Assembly: GCA_024704765.1 (NCBI GenBank)
Contig: JAKMXF010000326.1
Span: forward strand, 1-64,000
Reading direction: 5' to 3'
From: Oopsacas minuta
Lineage: Eukaryota > Animalia > Porifera
Length of the DNA: 64,000 bases
Within the stretch, counting starts at the first letter, position 1; each line of letters begins with the position of its first letter. Under the pieces are notes generated by a model that did not search any database, was not told the origin of the DNA, and worked only from the letters and a program-made list of their open reading frames with translations. The position numbers and the translations under genes are program-made. Below are positions 50,673-61,876 of this stretch, piece by piece.

Positions 50673-53600
50673 ATGGCCGAAAATATCTCTACCTCAACTT
50701 TTGAAATTAAACACCCACATCCAAGGAAACGAAGAATAGTTGAGGAGAAACTTGACATTACTGCAACAACCCTCAACATTGGAGGAATTGAAATTTCGAA
50801 GACAGATGTTTCGCCAGTAGATATCACAATATCAGAAGAGCAGTTTGAAATTGTACCAAGTAAGTTACGTATTGAAAAGGCCCATTTCCATGGAATGCTA
50901 TACTATTTAACACGACATTACTCAATATACTTTTTTAGGCCATCCCAAGAAAGAAGTATACACTGAAATCTTTTCACAAGAAGAGCTAACTATTCCAGTA
51001 CTAGATCAATATGTACATCTGCTTGCTGATAAACAGAAGGCTTGGCGTTTGCAAGATTGCCTGTAGTATTCATGTCAGATTTTGAAGAAATCAATGGTAT
51101 GACACCTATATGTAACTACAGTGACCCTCGCTAATCCGAACCTCGTCAATCAGAACAGAGCCTAAATGTCATACAAGTATACGAGCCTTTGGTTCGTCGC
51201 TTTGCGAAGAAATCGCCGCATTGCGCCTCGGGATATTCAACGGGCAAACAACAATTGAGATTAAATAATATAGATTTAATTCAACTGCGAACAAAGCCAC
51301 CAAAGAATATAGCCTAGTTAGGCGAGGTGGTGGCTAAGTTAGTTACCATGTATTCAATTTTATCAAACGCTGCTTGGCAGCCTTGTAATCATTTGCACAC
51401 AACATTCGAAAAATGCACTCCCAGATCCTATAGTGTTTCAATTCATGTTTTCATTTTCTAGGTGAAGTAATATTGACCAAGAAAAAAGTTTTGATCGAAA
51501 CTTGTCTGATGAAATGCTTATCTTATCATACGAATTCTTGCACACATTATCAAGCATATGAATTGTGTTTGGAATTCCAAACCTTAAACCATTCCGAATC
51601 CAAATCCCATGCTGGCAGTACTTACTACACATTAGGTGCAAATACAATTTTTTTGCTGAAGAATGGCTATCATTGCCTATATAGGAAAGAAATGAAGTGG
51701 TATTGCGACAATTGTAGTAGTATGTGTAAAGAAAAGTTAATCCTACAGGCAATCATGGCAGAATACAATGATCAGTTACTCATTCCTCAGAAACCTCTTG
51801 ATTATTCTACCATATCTAAACAATATCCTCCTTTTAAACTTAGTATGAACCAGGCCATTATATATAATGAACAGTTAAGACGAGGATTATTTCTACCCCC
51901 AAATCTTGAACCAGATATTTTGCATTGTGAGCAAGGACATAAATATGTTGCCAAAAGTCTAGTCGTAGCAAAAAAGGGAATCATTATATACACAGAAAAT
52001 GATGTCCTCGATTTAAAAGAACATACAGGTATGTTATTTAATTATATACTACATAGTATATATTCTTTATTTGTCCTCTAATATTCAAGCTAGCTTATTT
52101 ACTCAATTTTTAGTGTATACATCTACTTGTGAAGGAAGTTGTAAATGCACCTCTGTGTTTGAAGGAAATAAATATTTACTGCTGAATGTCAATAATCGCT
52201 ATTTCATCCACTATGGAGTATTATTTGAAACAGCGAGTTTATGACGATGTCTCGGAATACACTACATGGATACATGAGGTATGTATTTAGATACATTTTG
52301 TCCGTTGGTTATGTACTCAATCGAATACCAAAATAACAAAAGAAATACATATCGATTGAAAGTGATCTATTACGGTCGGTAGTCATAATTATATAAACAA
52401 TTAAATCAAATTCATTTTAGAAAGTTGATCTGGTTACTCTTTATTATGTTTAGAGCAAAGAATAATAAATTTGAGAGAATGGGAAGGGAACTCACCTTCA
52501 GTTATCATATACAACGGCATGGATGGAATGGGTACTTACGTATGTTAGACATTAACTATAAGACAAACTATATTTGCCCATTATGCCAAGAAGCTCCAGA
52601 ATTCTTAATTATGGATGGCATAACAATGGGGACAATTAAGGAACTCCCGAATACAGTTGAAGAATACCTGGAAGATCAGAGGTTATCGTTTGTCCCATTA
52701 TCAAACAGGGTATTGGTATCTGATCTACAAACCAGAAAATTGATCAAAAGTTACTATTCATTTGGATTGGGTGAAAGCGAGTTTCATACCATGGTCAATT
52801 CTTTAGAGTTTGAAGCAATTACAGAGTACATTATTTACGCTAACAATGTAATTGATGAGGTCAATGTGATTAATCCGACTTATCCAAATGCTAAAGCTAT
52901 TATGGAACTATTCTCCAGATCAGAATGAATTTCTGGCGTTTTTCCTGTATCTATCCTTAGCGAGTGCGAGAAGAAAGCTATTGCTACTCTCTCTTGAATT
53001 AACCAAATTGATGTATGTCTGCTTTATGAGATTTTTGAAAAAATGCATACTCTAAGGCTATTCCTTAGCTCGTTTGGTGAAGTTCAAGAACAATGTACTA
53101 CTAGTACAGGATTTACCCTTCATCCTATTCTTGCTGGTGTTCTAAGGGCTATTCTATCCAAGATTGAATTACTCAATAACTATAGAGAAGGACGGAAGAC
53201 AGTAGAGGCTTCCCCATCAAATGACACTCTAGATAAATACTTTCCAGCAATAACAAAACGTTACAGGTATTATATAATTGTACTCAACTATTCATTCAAT
53301 ATAATGCATCTGTTGAAAACATAATATAAATCCTATTGTGCAAACTTTCAAATATATTGAACCCTTAGATTACCGATGTATGAAGATGATAACGAAGAGA
53401 AATATAAAGGATGTACAAAAATATATCCGAAACATCAAAGGTTATCACCAGGACTGTTAGTTGTTGTCTGTAGACATAAAGTGTGCTATGGATTTCAAAT
53501 ACTTCGTAGTAAAGAATCTACAACTACAGTATTTACCTACTCCTGACGTTGTTCATAAAGCCCCCTCGTATTATAATATACGACAATGCTTGCAATCTAC

Positions 53601-54021
53601 ACAATACATGTATCATCAGGTTAGAATTAATATACAAAATACGTACAGCCGTATACCATCTCTAAGATTTTTAATTTAATCTATGTAATGCTCTTAAAGT
53701 GCTAAGCATACGTACTTACTAGCATTAGATAATAATAACTTCTATATTATCATTAGGGAACCCAAACTTTTCAAAGATACTACATTTTTGGTTGATCGCT
53801 TTCACTGGAAGAATCATTGCTGCAATCCAGCTTATTCTTTGAAGTCAGTGAAGAGTCATGATTTCATGAGAATAAACTCTCAAGTTTGCGAACAGGTGTT
53901 CTCTACATTAAGGAGAATAACCACCCAAGTATCTTTCATGCGGATCGAAAACATATTCTACAATGTACGATATTTCTTATACGGTTTGAATGAACAAGAA
54001 TTACGAAAACTAAAGTGCTAG
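50673..54021 (+). pseudogene. KDZ / HMGXB3-like transposase with Cys-cluster (CxC) N-terminus, ~8 exons, inactivated
   Basis: Spliced product contains CPLCQEAPEFLIMDGITMG (D), GCTKIYPKHQRLSPGLLVVVCRHKVCYGF, IIYDNACNLH (D), REPKLF...FLVDRFHWKNHCC, INSQVCEQVF (E). GT-AG introns start at ~50860, 51097, 52029, 52279, 53267 and 53620. Frameshifts near 51050, 52230 and 53540; TGA at 52926 and 52995. Confidence 0.85.
51119..51160. mobile_element. pogo/Tigger-like MITE end inside a transposase intron
   Basis: TA-CAGTGACCCTCGCTAATCCGAACCTCG; partner end not clear. Confidence 0.4.
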
Positions 54022-54116
54022 TAGCTAATACACTATTCATGATTCATGAATAATGAATAAATTATATTAAATTAACAAGTATACTTTATATTCTCTTTAC
54101 TAAACTCTTTTTGCTG

Positions 54117-55997
54117 TTACAACGAGGAAACCTTTTGTGTAATATCCTGTAGGCCAACACATGGTTTGTGAAACCATTGGGTATACACTTGACAATTCAC
54201 CATATTCTTAAAAGCGAACTCGGGTAGACGACAAATACACCAAAGTTCAATTGTATATTCCAACTTCTTATTGACCTTTATCCGTGAACAGAGTCTTTCA
54301 GAAATTGTAGGCAGGGGTGATAATTTTTCAGAAATAATGAAATTACGCAGGTGACGTCTCATATTGCCCTGGTTCCATCTCAATATACTTGGTTCTAAAC
54401 CATTCGCTAACGCGATACTAACTACAATAGCAAAGACACCACAATCTGAAATCCCTCTTTGTTGTTGTAGCTCTTGAACTGTAACTTTTAAATCTTCAGT
54501 CTCGCTTCGATAAAGCAGTGGAAGTTGGATGTCCAGCTCTTCACTTAGACCCCGGATTAATAACGAATCATATACTGATATATTTCCTTCATCGTCAATC
54601 CTAGACACTTTCCAGTGTAGTTTACCATCGTGGTGTATTTGAAAACTATTTAGTGCTGCTCTAACAAATTGGCGATTCTAATAAGATAAAAGACATACAA
54701 TTTGAAATGCCAATTATTTCAGGACGATAAAATAAGCAAAATAATAGATTTACCTTAGATAAAATAGTATCCTGGAATCCTTCAATGTCTGGATAATTAT
54801 TCTTTATCAAAACCTAAACATAATTTATTAAGTAACCTAGTAAAAGTTGTTTAGTTGTTTGTCGAAGCGAAGTGCGAACGTAGGTTATAAATGGTATTGA
54901 AATGTAATATAATTAAATCATAGAGAGAGCTTACCTCAAAGGCGTTGATAGTCACATCACTAAGAAAGGTTTTGTCATTCGATAGCTCTTTAAGACAGTC
55001 ATCCCTTACTTTTTCGTCTAAAATTCTCACAGATGTTACATTTAATGGAATTAAAGCCTTTGCTGCTGATAATCCTGCCATTGAAACTACAGATGTATCC
55101 AAAAGAGACTGAGGGGAAGTAAAGGGTGAGTGATCGGGTTGCTGTTCTGATATGGTATTTGGTGTTGAATGGATCGATTCACCAAGATATTGTGGAGACG
55201 ATGGGCATTTCTCTGGAGAAGTATTTAGAGATATTTCCACATTGGAATCCAGAGAGGAAGGTGAATGATCAGTTGGATTATATACATTCTCGTCATCCAA
55301 GTCTGAATCTAAACAATCTTCTTTTGATAAATGTATAGGTGACCTGTCTCTAAAACTATCAGATAGATCTGGAGAAAAGTATTCGCGCATCGATTTAATA
55401 ACGAAAGGCAAAGTAGTTCTGCCCATATTCTTTGATTGCTTGAGAAATGGAATTTCCTTGGGCCAAAATGTTGGCCGGTTTTCACTTTTCCCCCAAAAAT
55501 TACGCGGTTTTCCTACAATTAAAATATGATATATGTATTACCAAATTAATACTTACTTAAGTATTACACACCAATTTGTTTCAACAGCAGTACATACCCT
55601 GTACCCACGAAATAACAACAAATGGTGGCTTCCAAAACTAAGGGTAAGAAAACAAGAAACTTACTGTTCATCTTTTGAGTTCCCCATGATAAAATCTTTC
55701 TTAACGCCTGGACATTATGTGTGTGTGGATCTTGTTTCATCAGGTTCATCATTTCATCTTCTTTATAATCATCTCGAACAACTGATGAGTCTCCGACCAC
55801 AGAGCGTTCAAATGTAAGCTTCGCCAAATTTGTTCTTTCGTTTCAGCAACATGCTGCCGGTAAGTATCGCTTCCCAGAACTGATAATTGTCCCCTCCAGG
55901 AGTAGACAACCCCTACAGATTCTCCTGTTACCTTTATAAACGTTGCAATCGCTTTAGCTAAATGCTCCCTAGCGTTGCCCTTGGTAATACGAGGCAT
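54117..55997 (-). CDS. Passenger gene (~510 aa, 4 exons, one frameshift): NRF1/EWG-like DNA-binding domain + Ser/Asp-rich linker + Ulp1/SENP-like (C48) cysteine protease + degenerate PHD finger
   Basis: Exons 55997-55665, 55512-54935, 54813-54754 and 54677-54117 have canonical GT-AG junctions that keep frame; 1-nt frameshift near 55820. Motifs: LRKIL...WGKSENRPTFWPKEIPF; FLSDVTINAF; QIHHDGKLHW; VYDS; QQQRGISDCGVFA; WCICRLP...MVNC..YTQWFHKPC. Confidence 0.82.
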
Positions 55998-56142
55998 TTC
56001 AGCTAATTTGTACAAATTATAGTAAGAAAGTATTCAGCTAGACTGGTAGACTAATTACTAGAGTGGAATAACTGGGATCTGAAAAGCAGTCTAATATAAC
56101 TTAATCTGTATAATATACGCCTACTATGGTACATGAATCCTT

Positions 56143-56205
56143 ATGCGCACAGTACTTAATGGACATGCGCACAGTACCTAATGGACATGCGCACAGTACT
56201 TTTTA
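56143..56205 (-). repeat. Right TIR of the KDZ element (inverted copy of 50225-50287)
   Basis: ATGCGCACAGTACTTAATGGACATGCGCACAGTACCTAATGGACATGCGCACAGTACTTTTTA. Confidence 0.95.
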
Positions 56206-57449
56206 GTACCTCTAAAATTGTATAAAATGTGAAATACTACCAGAACAAGCCCAAATTCATAATCACTGAGATTTGGCAGTCCATCTCTTCAATAAGAAGA
56301 TTGAAATTAGGGGTTAGTGATGTGAGTGAGCAGCGTACCTCATTTTCTAGATTTCGTCAGTTAATCGGAATCTTGTATCTGATTTTACTTTCATTGACGA
56401 AAATATTATGCGTGGAACAAAAAATAGACAGAATTTTAGCAGCTAGTAATCGAATGTAAAATTGAGCTACATTTCTACAGTCAAGAGTTGATTCAGTTGG
56501 GCATGATTGAAGATCAATAAGGTCAATCCATAATCTCGCAAAATCCAACCGGAATATTCGAGCCATATGCTCCACCTTCGACAAAGGAAATTATCTGGAT
56601 TGTGGAGAAAAGTTTAATAACCAGGAATATGTACAAAATACTTAACTAATTGGAAAAATTCTGTTTTAGCAGATTTATCCATTCCAGATATCGATCCATG
56701 TTAGGAATTGATTCTGCTTCTTCATCTACAGACAATCTTAGTTGATTAGGTAAAATGACGCAATTCCATCTGACTTAATTGCTATAAAAACAAATTAATC
56801 TTAATCATTAACACTTTCACTATAATATAGGCTGTCAATAATGTTTGATGTTTCCTGGTAATCCATGGTTAAGATTGTTCAAGTGGTGTGCTATATCAGT
56901 TAGAAAAGCGACATCACGAACCCAATCAATATCACGCAGATATTGGTCGTAAATGTAAACATATTTTGAAACGAAGAAATCGATTAGATGTAGCAACAGA
57001 GCAATAAATCAGTTTAAAACTACAACTCGGTTAACCCATCGAACGTCACTCAAGCATATTTTGCAGTCTATTTTATCTATATTTCAGCTCATTGACATAC
57101 ATTTTAAGTCCCCGATCTTATAATGCAAATAATTGCGTGTTGAACAGTCGACAAATTCGCATAGTATATCTTTCTATATTACATTCTTAATAATTTCCAG
57201 ACCCGCCAAAAGGCGCCCATACTTGACAGTGAGTATATGTGGCACACAATTCGGATGAATTGTATGTTTAGAAAAATTTCATAATAACATCTTATTATTA
57301 CTGTATTTCGAATTCATTAGTATCATTTTATGAAGTATCCAATGCAGAATTGAATTCAGTATACGTATTGTTATTCAAGTTTTTCAATGTATGGCTGAAT
57401 ATTATAAATCACTCAAAAATTTAGAACTCAATTATTCTTGAACCATATT

Positions 57450-57479
57450 ACCCCATTACCGCCATTTTGTCACACTGTG
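57450..57479. mobile_element. Transib/CMC-like terminus (unpaired)
   Basis: ...ATTACCGCCATTTTGTCACACTGTG; reverse complement CACAGTGTGACAAAATGGCGGTAAT. Confidence 0.35.
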
Positions 57480-57874
57480 TAACGGTTACTGCTATTGTAA
57501 ATTTTATTCGAGCGAAAGACTTGAATCATCGTCAATTGTTGGATTTTTTTGTAATTGAATGTGGTGATTGAGTAATGCATAGTGAGAATGAAAAATATAC
57601 ATTTAATTCGTTTTGCAAACGAGTTAAGAATCATCACATGATGCATACGAATACTGATAAATGCCATTGAAGTACCGAAATCCAGGAATGTTGAAATATT
57701 GTAAGGGTATTTAAAGAATAAATATTTGTGGTTCAGGATTTCAAATTTCAAACTTCAGCCTAATTCGAGACTTTGGTTAGCCATGTTATAAATTATTTAG
57801 TATCAAATTATAGTATATTTCTAGGTTTGAAATAGTGTAAAATAGAATGCTTGATAAATAGCGAAGTCAATTTG

Positions 57875-57904
57875 TCACCAATTACCGCATAATTCTACAC
57901 TGTG
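57875..57904. mobile_element. Second Transib/CMC-like terminus (unpaired)
   Basis: ...ATTACCGCATAATTCTACACTGTG; shares ATTACCGC and CACTGTG with 57450-57479. Confidence 0.35.
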
Positions 57905-58214
57905 AGTTATCATAACTGACAATAAGCGATCAATGGAAATTTTAGCAGAGAGAGCCCCTTGAAAGATGATACAGTGAATAAATAAAAAGTGAGGAATTTC
58001 TTAGCGCAACAACGTGGTCAATCACAATTTACAGTCATTAATTGATGGTGCTAGATCAGTTGTTAGAGACAAAGTTATAATTTACAAGCTTATTTTGTGT
58101 CATAATTTTGTAGACATTTGATGCTGCAACTTATTGAGCCGTTTAGTGTCGTAACACAATGGTTTTAAATGTAGATTTTGATAATAAATTCAAAATTACA
58201 ATAGATTAGACCCA

Positions 58215-59170
58215 TACAAGTGGGGTTTCCCCACTTGAGCGACACTCATTTGAGTGAAAACCAAAAGAGCGAAACAAACTTGAGCCAAAGCCTATTTGAG
58301 CGAATCCATATTGCAACGTGTAAAGTTATCAAAATGAGCTAGAATAAAAGGGCACTTTTTGGTGTTAAAATAATACACATGTAGGTATTATAGACCAATT
58401 TCGTATAAATGGGAACCTTGTCCATGTCAAAGAAATTATTTCATCGCATGGCATCTCGATACGAACAAAAAAGTGCCCTGCCTTAAGTTTTGAAGGTCAT
58501 TCTTATAGATTTGACAAATTAATGTAAACAAATACTAAGAAACGATGCCGTTGTCGCAAGTGAGATTGCAATGGCTGTATCTAGAATATAAATGATTAAG
58601 GGAATAGTAATATTCAAACTAGAACACCTCACAGTGAGCATTTTTTCCCAGGTTCAGATGCTAGGGCAATTGAATTAGTAGTTTCTGAGCTGAAAATGAA
58701 GACAACGAATCAACTAACTCTTATGCCAACGTTATATGGTGATGCTGTAGCTACGCATTGTATTAGTCCTTCCATACTTCAAGATTTCCTCTTTCCGGTA
58801 AAATTGATTCTTCTTTGTATCGAGAGAGATCAAGCAATCTCTCTATACTTCCAACTTCTAGGGAGACATTAAATTTAGCGATTAAACTTCAGTAAACAGT
58901 TACTGGTGCTAACTTACTACTCTACTCTTCAACTGGCAGTGAAATACGTATATTTAGTACAGAAGCTAATATCATAAAGCTTTCTACAAAGAAACTGGAA
59001 TTGCTCATAATATTGCACAACCAATAAATATTCTTCTATGATTAATACTCATATATTTTCATTTATGTACTTGTTTTGAATCAATAGTATTAAAATAATT
59101 CATTCATCAAACCGCCAAATAATTGACTTTATGGAATTCGCTCATTTGGGTTTCGCTCAAATTAGTTTCA
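58215..59170 (+). mobile_element. Truncated Mutator-like (MULE) element with FLYWCH finger remnant
   Basis: Degraded frame PALSFEGHSYRFDK...KKRCRCRK*DCNGCI (FLYWCH-like), later IRIFSTEANIIKL; GAGCGA/TCGCTC subterminal repeats in opposite orientation at the two ends. Confidence 0.55.
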
Positions 59171-60539
59171 CAAAACTGAGGACAAGTCACACAATTGGGC
59201 ACAAAGTGATATTATTCTAATGATGTGCAGGGAGTCTCAAAGAATCGTAATCAACATTTCAAAACTATTCCTATCATCAATGATAGCTGGATTTGACGGA
59301 TAAGTTAGAGGTAACCGGCATATGTTTACTAGATATCGTTTTAGTGAGAACAAAACAATGGCTTAACGAAGATAAACAATAGATGCAATCAATTTCTTAA
59401 CATATACTAAACATTCAATTCTTTAATGGTATTTTTCTTTCTTTTGTAGTAAATGCTTCAATAATCTCATTTAAATCGAAATTCTGAGTTATATCTCTGT
59501 TATAGGCTAAAACTACAATATCACTTAAAGACAATCAGATAGTTTCCCCCTCTTGAAAGTTTTATTCTATTCATACATGAAAATGTACGCTCAACAGACG
59601 CTGTAGACACCGGCAATTAATTTTTTAAATTGATCAATTTCATTACATTAGGATAGAATTCAGGGTTCATGTATTTCAAATCAGAATCAACATTAGTAAA
59701 TGCGTGGTATTTCAATATCTCGCTTTGTAGAGAAATTTCGTTAATATTCAAAACCTCAGAATAATGTCCAAGTAATTGTTTTAGAAAACTAAAATTGAAA
59801 AATCCATAGATAGAGAATTTAATCCAACCAGAACCTTCAATATATTGATACTGGGGATTGAAAATCGCTTAACTAAAGCATCTGAAATGAGATTTCGTAC
59901 TTGATTTGTGATATTGTTAAGGAATTCAGCATGGTTAATTTCGGAAATAGTACTATTTGGTACGGTGCAGGGTGTTAATCACTGTCAGAGGTATAGCACA
60001 TTTCCACTTAATATTACGGCCTTTAAATACTATCCGATAATATATTCGGATTATTTAGATCTTCGATTTTCTTAACCTCAGATATTTCGTGAATTGCATG
60101 ATGCTAATTGATACCAGTTGATTGGAGGTAAAGATGGAGCTGGTTAATAATACCTAAAACTAAATGTGTCAATACGCTAGTAAGAATAAATCTACCATCA
60201 CCCAATTTATGATATAAACCAGTTCCAGTTATCGACTACTTATCATATTCTTCAGCTTTATGACATAATGTGATCAGAATTGCTTGATGTCGTTTGTATA
60301 CTGTGTCACTAGAGTAAAACAAGCCCACTAATATCATGTCTTTGTGGAATCTTTTGGATAGTTTCTTTTAGTCCCAGTTTACTTATTTCAAAAAGATCGG
60401 TATTTTTTGGTTGGTTAAATTATGTGTAGAGAGGGTCTAAAATACTAATACAATCTTTACAAGATTATTTTCAAAGAGATTTGCAATTAACAGATTGAGT
60501 CGATGAGCATTACAATGAATGTAAACTAGCCATGGGTAT

Positions 60540-61290
60540 ACATTTTTAAGACGAGCTTGAACACCACTAATATGCCCACTCATCACGCTCGCACCCATCC
60601 ATTGAAACTGCTACGAGTGTTCCAGATGTTCGTAGCATAGAAATAATAACTTCTGATTCATTAGATTGACTTAATGCATCAAATTCTTTAATATGCGAAA
60701 ATCCAAGAATTCTCTCATTGGGTACGGACCCATAACAAAATCGGATGCAGAAACTAAGTTGTTCATGTCCGCTATTATATTTAGACTCGCCCATTAATAA
60801 TGAATAAAATAGTTACTTTCTACTTCATCGCCTATTCTCCTTTGGACTTCAGATGCCATCAATGAAATTAATTCATTGTAAATAGTCACCAAGATAATCT
60901 ACATGCATGGAATATTGACCTTTAATCTTCTCCCTAGCACCCCTAAAATCTTCATTGACCCTAAAATTTACCTCCATTAATTCACTAAAATTCCCTTTGT
61001 TAAGAAAATCTGGAGTTTCGTCATCTCCTCTGAAAGGCATTTCTTGTACACAGAAGTAACGAATATATTCCAATAAGATATTAAAAATTTTACATTATTT
61101 TCCATTATATCTGACTTATGCGAGTTCAACCTTGATGCAATCGAAATGTGTTTGTGTAATATTTGTTCTTTTTATTCCTGCCACTTAGTCATACCAGTTA
61201 TATGCTCTGATGATGTACTATGTTTACCTACCCCTTTCTCCTTCAATTATGCTTTTCCCCAATTATCAAAACCATTTTTAGTAAAGTTGT
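60540..61290 (-). pseudogene. hAT (Tip100/ZMYM-like, DUF4371-type) transposase fragment
   Basis: KHSTSSEH, MPFRGDDE...NKGNFSELM, GESK..SGHEQLSFCIRF...ERILGF, VAVSMDG. Confidence 0.75.
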
Positions 61291-61876
61291 TTCTCGTTTG
61301 TAAGAACTAAAATATACGCATGGTAAATAATATATTCGATTTGTAGAAATACTCTAGCAAATCCGAGGGTGAATATCATACCAACCACTCTGAAAACTAT
61401 TATACTTTCAATTGTTGAATTTATTATCTAATATCGCCTTGGGGTACCAGGAAAGAATTGTCTGGGCAGGACCGTTGTCCTTCGTACCTATATCCGTGGG
61501 AATTTCTAATACAAGGATGGAAAATCATTAGGATCAGCTACATTGTATGCTCTAAATAATGATGCTTGGCCCATTTGAATTGAATTCATACACCCTTGCC
61601 TAACCGATTTTCATCAAGAGAGGAGTTTTCTCAGCATCTCTGACTATTTAGAGAGGTTGTTAATAGTAGATGGAGTTACAAAGAAATTTTCAAGATGTTG
61701 TGTTTCATTAAGCTAATATGATTGAATACTGTACATGGTGATTGAAATTGATATAATTAGACATTTATAAAAAATAAATTATGACAATTATTGACAATTG
61801 TATTTGTCCTTAGATATAACTAATTTGGATTGTTTTGGTTCAAACTTAATCGAATTAGGACAATCAATTACTTATA

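Larger units (their letters stand above)
50225..56205. mobile_element. Two-gene KDZ (Kyakuja-Dileera-Zisupton-type) DNA transposon with 63-bp TIRs
   Basis: Inverted 63-bp ends (62/63 identical) enclose a plus-strand KDZ transposase and a convergent minus-strand passenger gene; no TSD longer than a possible TA. Confidence 0.85.

Noticed and set aside
55598-55637. Micro-exon FWKPPFVVISWVQG with a 27-nt upstream intron in the passenger gene
   Set aside because: It is out of phase with the preceding exon; skipping it (55665 to 55512) keeps frame and gives the ungapped NRF1-like alignment.
58217-58237. Perfect 9-bp-stem hairpin CAAGTGGGG-TTT-CCCCACTTG as a terminator or Helitron 3' hairpin
   Set aside because: Not followed by a U-tract or CTRR end; more likely part of the MULE remnant's terminus.
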